Shown in pieces: positions 47,780 through 54,893 of a stretch of 54,893 bases of DNA. Each line of letters opens with the position of its first letter. The first letter of the stretch is position 1. This DNA is from Acidobacteriota bacterium (GTDB lineage: Bacteria; Acidobacteriota; Vicinamibacteria; Vicinamibacterales; CAVVIG01), in contig JAHFUL010000003.1 in NCBI GenBank assembly GCA_023265155.1, positions 7,915-62,807 on the forward strand, read 5' to 3'. Position numbers and translations under genes: made by a program. The notes under the pieces were generated by a model. It was not told the DNA's origin, did not search any database, and saw only the letters and a program-made list of their open reading frames with translations.

Positions 47780-48280
47780 CATCTGAGAGGTGCTGCTTGG
47801 CGTGGAAGCGGTCGACGATCTGGACCGCGTCGGGGAAGTGCTCGCTGGCGAGGTTCCAGATCCAGACGGCGCCATCGCCAAGCACCGCGCGCCGGGCGGC
47901 GCGGGCGAAGCCGCGCCGCTACGCCTCGCGCTCGACCCGCGTCGCAAACGCGCTCGACCTCTCGTCGGTGTCCTGCTGCGCCGCACTCTCGATCGCCGCC
48001 GAGTAGGTCACCGAGCCCGCATCGCGCACCGGCGCGCCCTCCTTGTCGCGTCCCTCGGCGCTCCACATCGTGCACAACTTCACCTCGCGCGTCTTGGCCG
48101 CGCCGTCGGACTGCTTGCCGGCTCGGCCCAGCACGTCCGCCTTGCGCATCGGCACGCCGGTGCCGTCCATCCCCAGGTACAGCGTCGGCGCCACCGGCTC
48201 GCCGTCGGCCGGAGGCTCGACCACGTGCCGTTCATCGTCGGCGATCTTGCGCCCCAATGCCTCGGCCGCGCGCTCCACGT
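47780..48280 (-). mobile_element. ISKra4-like transposase remnant (frameshifted, truncated)
   Basis: LYLGMDGTGVP, KTREVKL and LGDGA.WIWN....FP.A.QIVD.FHA..HL in different frames. Confidence 0.85.
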
Positions 48281-48725
48281 GCCAGGTTTGGAATGGACGA
48301 ACACCTTGAAATCCTGAGGCAAGGGCTGGCCAGCGAAATGGAAATGCAGTCCACGCATTATTCGCTCGCCGGTCGCTTCGATTCGGCCGCGATTTACCTC
48401 TGCTCTGATTCCGAGTGGCTGGCCCGACCCGTCAACCAGCTCAGTGTGCTTTAGCTGGCTCTTGAAATAACTCGCATACCTTTGGGCCTGTGGACGCTGC
48501 ATCGATCGGAAGACCTCTGGCAGCTTGGACACCGCGGCGGCGTTCTGCGCAGCCCGGAAGTCCAACGCCACCATGTCCCGCGTGTACTCGTCGTTGCGTT
48601 GGAATTTCTGATTGCATTCAAAGCACGCCGGGACGGTCACGGGGTTCTTCGGGTAGGGCTTCTCGATCAGCAGCTTTGGCGGCACGTGATCCGCCGTGAG
48701 CTTCCTGTCCCCGCAATACGCCGGA
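48281..48725 (-). pseudogene. HNH-endonuclease-like protein fragment
   Basis: AYCG....T.DHVPPK ... VPACFECN; fused to IS debris at the 3' side, first Cys missing. Confidence 0.65.
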
Positions 48726-48780
48726 TTCCCGGTAAACTTTGGCCGTGAATGACACTCCGGATATTCGCTAGAAACAGCGG

Positions 48781-48963
48781 TTGAGCCATTTCGAACGGGC
48801 TGTTGCTCTGCTTGAGGATGCCCTGAGGAAGGGTCCAGACGCTCTTTCGCTTTTGGAAAAGGAAGGAGTGGTGCAACGTTTTGAATACTCCGTCGAATTG
48901 GCGTGGAAAACCTTGAAAGATTATCTCGAAGCAAGCGGCTGGCTATTCGCGACCGTTACTCCC
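48781..48963 (+). pseudogene. HEPN / nucleotidyltransferase substrate-binding (HI0074-like) fragment
   Basis: EGVVQRFEYSVELAWKTLKDYLE..G.....TP, then cut off at the repeat. Confidence 0.8.
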
Positions 48964-48971
48964 ATAGCGGG

Positions 48972-49052
48972 GCTGTCTGGGGGGCCCTCGGGCCTGCGCG
49001 TCCCATAACGGGGCGATCTGTTGACCAGAGGCCTCTAATCCGGCCTATTGTC
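48972..49052 (+). repeat. ~80-bp direct repeat, copy 1, with dif-like core
   Basis: Near-identical to 52182-52273. Confidence 0.9.
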
Positions 49053-49475
49053 TCACCGGCCGATGAGGCGTAGAAAGGCGCGAGGATTTACGAGGCGGAC
49101 ACCTTCGTGCTCGTGGATAGCCAGTAGGTCTGGATCGCCGCTGACGACAAAGGCGGCCCGGCCTTCGACGGCCGCGGCGATGTACTTGTCGTCGTCTGGA
49201 TCTTCGCTCACACCGCGCACTTCGTGCTCGCCCGCAACAAATTGAGCCAACACAACAATGTCCTCGAACCACAATTCCGGGTCGGCATTGCCTCGGATAT
49301 GCTTACGGACCTTGGGGTAGCCCAGCGCTCGGAGGACCTCTTCGACAATTGCCGACGAGAGGACGATCTCGAACGCCGCATCGCGGAGAAACCGCTCAAT
49401 GATTTGACCAGGCGGCCCCTCGGGACGGATGACGGCGCTCACGTAGACGTTGGCATCGAGGACGGCACGGAGCAC
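49053..49475 (-). CDS. PIN-domain toxin
   Basis: RAVLDANV.VSA, DPDDDKYI..A, VSGD.DLL. Confidence 0.92.
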   Translation of the reverse strand: MLRAVLDANVYVSAVIRPEGPPGQIIERFLRDAAFEIVLSSAIVEEVLRALGYPKVRKHIRGNADPELWFEDIVVLAQFVAGEHEVRGVSEDPDDDKYIAAAVEGRAAFVVSGDPDLLAIHEHEGVRLVNPRAFLRLIGR

Positions 49476-49478
49476 CGG

Positions 49479-49769
49479 TCACTTCTTGGGCCGCGACTTC
49501 CCCGCTTGCTTGCGAGCCCAGCGCTGTGCCTCGCGCGCGACCTCCATGGCCTGCGCGTCGGTCAGCGGGCTGCCCCTCTGTTGCTTCACAACCTCGAGTG
49601 CGTGGCGCCGCGCGAAGCGCCTCATCTGCTCAAGCCGTTCGACTGGCACCAGTGCGGCCAGCGGTTTGCCTTTGCGCTCGATGATGAACTCATCGTGCCG
49701 CAGGGCGATGCGATTGAGCATGTCGCCAATCCGCTGACGAACATCGATGGTGGAAACCTTCTCTGACAT
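49479..49769 (-). CDS. Phd/YefM family antitoxin
   Basis: VR..IG.ML........FIIERKGKPLAALVP. Confidence 0.88.
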   Translation of the reverse strand: MSEKVSTIDVRQRIGDMLNRIALRHDEFIIERKGKPLAALVPVERLEQMRRFARRHALEVVKQQRGSPLTDAQAMEVAREAQRWARKQAGKSRPKK

Positions 49770-49780
49770 GGGGTCCTCTT

Positions 49781-49797
49781 GCAACTATTATAGTTGC
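49781..49797 (-). promoter_or_regulatory. Palindromic operator overlapping a TATAAT -10 box of the TA operon
   Basis: GCAACTA-TAA-TAGTTGC on the minus strand, 11 nt before the ATG. Confidence 0.7.
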
Positions 49798-50248
49798 TCT
49801 AGATGCCATGGCAAGCGCGGTCCCTCCAAGAACGGGCACCCTTCTGGGTCTTGCAACCCACCGGGTGTTTACCGGACGTTCGGAATGAACGGTATCGGAT
49901 TCAGGCAGAAAACCCCCTTGACGAAGACCAGATCTCGTCGACCCACGAAAGGGCAAGGGCAACAAAAGGGCAACACGGCCAGCGAGCCGGGCGGCCGAGA
50001 GCGAAAGTTCTCAGAATCGTTTGTGAAATCCCAAGACTAAGGTGACACATCCAGCTCTCCTCTTCTAGGCTGTTCAGCCTGGAGCGGAGGCACGATGACG
50101 TCTCCGGTGCGTTCATCCAGCAGACGCCCCGCCCCCGACGACGTCCGCTCCTCCGTCGAATCCGCCTGCGCCAGCCGCAGCGACTCCTGCGCCAGCGCCA
50201 GCGTCCACGCCGACGCAGCCTGCAGTTTCCGCACAAACTTCAGCTCCG

Positions 50249-51178
50249 GTGGGAGGCGAGGCGTTGCGGATTTACATGCCCGACGGCCAGCTCAAATCCC
50301 ACTCGGTTCGTGTATATGTCTCACGCGACATCCTTCCGACCGAGAATCCGCGGCTCCAGTTGCTGCGGAGCCACGCCGTCACCAGGCAGGCGGTGGACGA
50401 AGCCGCGCTCCACGAGCCGGGCCTGGTCGCGCCACATCAGGAGTGGGTCGAGTCCGTCGATGGCCAGCAGGTTCGGCGGTCCGGAACCTTGCTGCTCTTC
50501 GACCTGAGCAAGATGGACGTTGATTACAAAGCGATGGTGCGCGTCACGCCGGTGGTGTCGTGGACGCACGGCGCCACGAAGGAGATCGCCATCGCCGATC
50601 GTGAGGTCAACGTCGGCAACATCGTCGCCGCCATCGGCTGGACTGTGGTCGCGGTCGGATTGGCGTTAGTGCTGGTGATTTGGCTGTCGCGCCGCAATGG
50701 TGGCAGCCCCGTGCAGCTGCTGACCGGCGTCGACGGCCATCTTGCGCTCTCGCAAACGCAGATTGCCTGTTGGACCGTCGTGGTCGGCGGCGTCGTTCTC
50801 GGCTACGGGTTGATCAAGCTCGACATTCCTGACATTCCTACCTCCTTGCTGGTCTTGATGGGCGCCTCGCTGACGACAGGCGGCGTCGGCTTTTTTCAGG
50901 ACGTGCGGAATCGGAACGCGGCGGTCGCCGCCGGCGTCGCTCCCATCGCGCGCACATGGGCGCTTGGTGATCTCGTGCGCTCGTTTCCGACAGGGCAGCC
51001 GCCGGAGCTGTCGCTCGCCAAGGCGCAGATGATGTTCTGGACGCTGCTCCTGCTGGTGCTGTTCGTCTCGAAGAGCACCCTCGACGGGACGATCTGGGAC
51101 ATTCCGTGGCCGCTCGTCGCCCTGATGGGATTCAGCCAGGCGGGCTACCTCGCGCCGAAGCTCGCGCCGCAATCGTAG
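50249..51178 (+). CDS. Hypothetical membrane protein with duplicated TM-hairpin motif; 5' end possibly truncated
   Basis: LSQTQ..CWT...IPDIP..LL.LMG.S / LAKAQ..FWT...WDIP..LV.LMG.S. Confidence 0.7.
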   Translation: MGGEALRIYMPDGQLKSHSVRVYVSRDILPTENPRLQLLRSHAVTRQAVDEAALHEPGLVAPHQEWVESVDGQQVRRSGTLLLFDLSKMDVDYKAMVRVTPVVSWTHGATKEIAIADREVNVGNIVAAIGWTVVAVGLALVLVIWLSRRNGGSPVQLLTGVDGHLALSQTQIACWTVVVGGVVLGYGLIKLDIPDIPTSLLVLMGASLTTGGVGFFQDVRNRNAAVAAGVAPIARTWALGDLVRSFPTGQPPELSLAKAQMMFWTLLLLVLFVSKSTLDGTIWDIPWPLVALMGFSQAGYLAPKLAPQS

Positions 51179-51181
51179 GGA

Positions 51182-51553
51182 TCAGGCGAGCGTCAAATCC
51201 GGGATGTCGGAGAAGTCCTCAGGATTGAGCGTCCACAGGGAGGCACCGTGCTCCAGGGCGCACGCGGCAATGGCCAGGTCGATTTCCCGTCCGCGCGCAC
51301 GCCGCAACTTGGCGTAGAGGCGGGACGCTCGGGTCGCCTCGGCTGTCCCGAACGCGATTGCGGTCTCGACCGGGAACAGCGCCTCCTGATCGTGAAGCTC
51401 GGCGGTGGTTCGGGGTCCGCGTAACCACTCGTAGAGCACCAGCGTGCTCAACTGAATGCGTTCGCCCTCCTCGATGGCGGCCCGGAGACGTGGCGCTGAG
51501 CGCCGGGGTCCCGTCAGCGCGTCGATGAGCACGGACGTGTCCAGGTGGACCAT
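51182..51553 (-). CDS. vapC: VapC/PIN toxin
   Basis: LDTSVLID, LYE...G, DLAIAACA, LWTLN..DF..I. Confidence 0.92.
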   Translation of the reverse strand: MVHLDTSVLIDALTGPRRSAPRLRAAIEEGERIQLSTLVLYEWLRGPRTTAELHDQEALFPVETAIAFGTAEATRASRLYAKLRRARGREIDLAIAACALEHGASLWTLNPEDFSDIPDLTLA

Positions 51554-51561
51554 CGGCGCGG

Positions 51562-51840
51562 CTATTGGCGATGACGACGGCCGCCGGCGCGACGCGCCGC
51601 TCGGGTGTCCTTCAGTTCGCGATCGACCTCGGCTGTTGTGCGGGTCGGCCGGCGTGCGGCGATGGCATCGAGCGTCGACAGCAGGTGAAGGCGCTCGCGC
51701 TCGCTCAGGCGCCCGGCGCGGAGCGCGAAATCGTGAACCGCATCGCGGACGATCTGGCTCTGCGGCTTGTCCAGTCGCGCCGCCGTCTGACGAATGCGCG
51801 CCACCGTCTCGTCATCGAGCGTGAACGTGACCTTGACCAT
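51562..51840 (-). CDS. Ribbon-helix-helix (CopG) antitoxin
   Basis: KVTFTLDDET.......A.......SQIVRDAV; directly upstream of vapC. Confidence 0.88.
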   Translation of the reverse strand: MVKVTFTLDDETVARIRQTAARLDKPQSQIVRDAVHDFALRAGRLSERERLHLLSTLDAIAARRPTRTTAEVDRELKDTRAARRAGGRRHRQ

Positions 51841-51902
51841 ATCGATACCATACTACCATCCTCTGCTTGCTCCTCGCGGCCCGCGGTTCTGTCAGCCTCG
51901 AA

Positions 51903-52181
51903 CTATTTCACATCGACGATCCCGAAATTCAAGAGGCTCTCGGCGGTGGCTGTGATGGCGTCCTCCCAGCTTCGCGGCTTCCACCCGAGCATTCGCTCGG
52001 CCTTGGCGCTCGTCGCGTTTCGCGCCGTGCCAAGCAGCGGCACCAGGGCGCGCGTCTCGACGCTGCACAGCGCGACGAGCCTAACGATGAAGCTCGGCAG
52101 CTTCCGGGTGGGAACGCGTCGTGCCCGATCGCCCAGACGGGCCCTGAGCACCTTCGCAATGTTCAGCATCGACACGGCACC
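51903..52181 (-). pseudogene. C-terminal fragment of an aldehyde reductase / extended SDR
   Basis: IA..LR...VPTR.LP...VRL ... KAERMLGWKPR..EDAI..TAESL; begins at repeat copy 2. Confidence 0.75.
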
Positions 52182-52273
52182 GCTGTCTGCGGGGGCCTCG
52201 GGCCTAAGCGTCCCATAACGGGGCGTTCTGTTGACCAGAGGCCTCTAATCCGGCCTCAATCCGGCCTATTGTC
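52182..52273 (+). repeat. ~80-bp direct repeat, copy 2 (with an extra AATCCGGCCT duplication)
   Basis: Near-identical to 48972-49052. Confidence 0.9.
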
Positions 52274-52699
52274 CTGCTGGCGGCCGGCGGGTTCGCTGGC
52301 ATCATGAAGGGGACAGGCATGCTGACCGCCCTGGCGACGGCGGTGGCAGGCGTGGTGCCGCCCGGCATGGCGCATCACATTCCCGTCGTGCTGGCCGTCT
52401 TCTCGATGCCCCTCAGTCTGGTGTTCGATCCCGATTCGTTCTATCTCGGGGCCCTCCCGGTGATTGCCGAAGCGGGACGCGCGCTTGGCGTGCCGCCGAT
52501 CCAGGTCGCGCAGGCGGCGCTCCTCGGGCAAATGACGACGGGTTTCCCGGTGAGCCCGTTGACGCCAGCGACGTTCTTGCTGGTCGGTCTCGCGCGCCTC
52601 GACCTCGCCGAGCATCAGAAGTTCACCGCGCCGTGGCTGTTTGCCGCCACCATCGTGATGACGTTGGCGTGCATGGCGCTTGGCGTGTTCCCGCTGTGA
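52274..52699 (+). pseudogene. 3' fragment of a second CitMHS transporter
   Basis: Aligns by eye with the last third of 31952-33247 ([36 protein letters not shown]). Confidence 0.9.
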
Positions 52700-52812
52700 G
52701 GGCGATCCGCACGGGCACGATGGCGATCCCCGAGCCGTACGCCTCCGGATGAGGAGACTGCCCTGATCGAAGCACCGCGAACGCGCGACTGATGCGGGTT
52801 CCCGGCTGGCGC

Positions 52813-54054
52813 TCACAGGCTCTGGAGGAACTGCAACACCTTCGCCTTCTCGCTCTCCGGCAGCCGTTGAAACTTCTCGGCTTCTTCGGCGGCCGTGTTC
52901 TTGTGTCGCTGAATCGCCTCCTGCAGCGTGCTGGCGCTGCCATCGTGCAGCAGGGGGACCTTGCGAAGGAGGCGTGTGCCGAGACCCCAGAGCGCCGCCG
53001 TGCGAACTTTGTGGCGGGCCTCCACAGGCATGCCTTCACGGAGGACGTCCGAGCCGGTGCCGATGTCGTGCAAGAGGAAGTCCCCGAACGGGTGAAATAT
53101 CTTGTTCCCCAGTGCGTTCGGCACTCGGAATGCTCCACCGTTGACGAGCGTTCCGGACTTGCTCGTCACGAGCTGCGGCAGATGGCACGTGCCACAGCCG
53201 ATGGATTCGAATGTCTTGGACCCGGCGTCGATGTTGGCGCCTGCCGATCGATCGCCTGAGGACGCGCCGGGAGGCGCGGACAACGCGCGCATGAACGCGG
53301 CGAACTTCTCGACATCCTCGCCGAACGTGCCTCCCGTATCCTCAGGATCGGCCACACCATCGTCCACGATCGCTCCGAGAAACGTATTGTCGTCCGGCAT
53401 CAGGCGAGAGGTGATGCCCATCTCGTTTCGGTAGGCGTCAGCGGAGAACGAGAGCAAGCTCGCATGCTGAGCCGCCCACCCGAAGCGCCCCACCGCCTTC
53501 TTGCCCGGGGCCTCAAGCACGTCCACCTCACGAACCAGACCTCGAATCCGTCCATTGGTGCGGGCACTTTGATCCTGTGCGGTTCGCCGCAGCATCTCGT
53601 CGCTGACCGACTCCACGAATCCTGCACCGAACAGGGATGGCGTGATGAAGCGCTCGCGGACGTTCTCGCTGGCAGGCAACGCATCGACCTCGGGCGTCAG
53701 ACCGGCAAGCGCTTTCAGCGTGACCAGCGTACCGCCTGGCGCCGGACTGAACGCGTTGTTGGCGCCCTCGTGGCCTGCACGAAGCTCGGTGACGTTGCTG
53801 CCGCCACCGGGCAATGCCTGGCCCGGCGCCGGGTGGCAGTTCGCACACGAGCTGTCGTTGAAATGGGCGCCGAGACCGTCGCTGGGTGTCTCGACCTCCG
53901 CAAAGGCCCCCGTCGCGCTCTCGAACTCCTCTGGAGAGAGGAGGCCGTTCTGCATCTCGAAGCTTTGAGGTGCCGGCTTGGCACAGCCTATCGCAGCGAA
54001 CGCGAGAAGGCCGACCGTGAGGTTTGCAAAGAACCGAAGACGCCAGACGCACAT
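52813..54054 (-). CDS. Di-heme oxidoreductase family (DUF1111/DHOR-like) lipoprotein
   Basis: Lipobox AIGC; CANCH and CGTCH; GLG..FN, GRFGW, DFLLHD.G, RTA.LWG, LHDG. Confidence 0.88.
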   Translation of the reverse strand: MCVWRLRFFANLTVGLLAFAAIGCAKPAPQSFEMQNGLLSPEEFESATGAFAEVETPSDGLGAHFNDSSCANCHPAPGQALPGGGSNVTELRAGHEGANNAFSPAPGGTLVTLKALAGLTPEVDALPASENVRERFITPSLFGAGFVESVSDEMLRRTAQDQSARTNGRIRGLVREVDVLEAPGKKAVGRFGWAAQHASLLSFSADAYRNEMGITSRLMPDDNTFLGAIVDDGVADPEDTGGTFGEDVEKFAAFMRALSAPPGASSGDRSAGANIDAGSKTFESIGCGTCHLPQLVTSKSGTLVNGGAFRVPNALGNKIFHPFGDFLLHDIGTGSDVLREGMPVEARHKVRTAALWGLGTRLLRKVPLLHDGSASTLQEAIQRHKNTAAEEAEKFQRLPESEKAKVLQFLQSL

Positions 54055-54252
54055 GAGTCGCCTCCTCAGGAATACAGTGCCCCGATTATGACGGCGTTTT
54101 CCCCGGATGGCATTCGATGGTCTGTGCGGCCGAGCTTCAGACGCGCCCGAAGACGCGTGCTCTTTCCGGGAGCTGAACCTTCCTCAGTCGGAACCAGATG
54201 GCCAATGGGTTGAGGCAGCTCGATGGATGAAGCGGCTGTCGTGCCTGAGCCA

Positions 54253-54582
54253 TCAGCGCTTTGCCACGAGCCGATCGGACGACAGAGCGAGCAGGTGCAG
54301 CACGCGTCCTGCCTCATCTCCAACCTGGAGGTGCAGCGCGCCGTTCTCCACGCGCCACCGTCCCGCCCGCTGGCGTGCCAGGTCCGTGGCGCCGGCCGTG
54401 GCCTGCGTCAGCGTGCCGTCCGGCGAGAGGCGCATGCCGTCGCGGCTACGAGAGGGGGGAAACGGATAGGACGGCGGGCGGAAGACCATTTCCGTCGCGG
54501 TGTCCTCCTCCGGCGAGCGCACCCAGCTCCCGTGCAGGGCCTCGGGATCGATGTCGGGCTTGCTCACTGACGCTCCCTTCAC
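54253..54582 (-). CDS. Hypothetical protein
   Basis: W..S.EED.....VFRP..Y.FPPSR.R; co-oriented with the upstream peptidase. Confidence 0.7.
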   Translation of the reverse strand: MKGASVSKPDIDPEALHGSWVRSPEEDTATEMVFRPPSYPFPPSRSRDGMRLSPDGTLTQATAGATDLARQRAGRWRVENGALHLQVGDEAGRVLHLLALSSDRLVAKR

Positions 54583-54597
54583 TCCGCTCGAGGTCTG

Positions 54598-54893
54598 TCA
54601 GGCTTTTCGGGGCACCCAGGACACGCCATCGAACCAGCGTGACGCCTTGTCACCCACTTCCACGGCGCGCGGCGCGGCGCGACGCCGGGCGCGCGTCGCG
54701 TTCTTGGTGGCCCTTGGCAGCCTCAGGCGCTCGCTGGCCACTGGCGTCAGGCCCTCGGAGGCGGCGAGCGAACTGCGTGGGCCCGCCAGCGTCAGGTTCA
54801 TGCGATCGACCTGTCCCTTGGTGAACATGAACATGGCGTCGTCGTCGACGTAGTCCATGTAGTTCATGAACATGTCGCCGTGGGGCCCGTTGT
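54598..54893 (-). CDS. Zinc metalloprotease (M43/pappalysin-like), C-terminal part
   Basis: [21 protein letters not shown] Met-turn. Confidence 0.85.
   Translation of the reverse strand, partial: NGPHGDMFMNYMDYVDDDAMFMFTKGQVDRMNLTLAGPRSSLAASEGLTPVASERLRLPRATKNATRARRRAAPRAVEVGDKASRWFDGVSWVPRKA

Noticed and set aside
48080..48934. 284-aa ORF as one gene
   Set aside because: Chimera of antisense HEPN sequence, an HNH fragment and off-frame transposase.
49870..50240. Possible IS end and short ORFs
   Set aside because: Looks like debris, but no terminal repeat pair or transposase motif could be supported.
54170..54221. Hairpin with GCTGAAC…GTTGAGG resembling an integron attC site
   Set aside because: Too short (~44 bp between cores), imperfect cores, and no integron integrase or second site.

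Overview
GC-rich bacterial chromosome segment. The gene order and repeat families suggest Acidobacteriota (Vicinamibacterales-like); this is an inference. The left ~30 kb is a housekeeping backbone: kdsA-kdsD-kdsC-lapB, coaE/folD, livKHMGF, a minus-strand run pilMNOPQ-two lipoproteins-TPR-pepP-accB-accC-thiE, then rplM-rpsI-rpsB-tsf-pyrH-frr and pfkA. Its intergenic spaces hold REP-like palindromes, 7-9-mer tandem repeats and small decayed defence-gene relics. After tRNA-Ala(CGC) and a truncated integrase comes an accessory region: a tannase-CitMHS-AtuA-like-alpha/beta-hydrolase operon, a GMC/Gfo-Idh-MocA/membrane-protein/2xVTT operon, several toxin-antitoxin pairs, cysDNH, IS debris and gene fragments joined at an ~80-bp dif-like direct repeat. 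The best finding is an unannotated Cys-rich leader peptide (MTVAGRMCACCC...) with an antiterminator/terminator switch upstream of cysD, a candidate cysteine-sensing transcription attenuator. Also notable is a triple-nested palindromic repeat whose central spacer is the reverse complement of its flanking duplication. All family assignments are by motif recognition, not database search.
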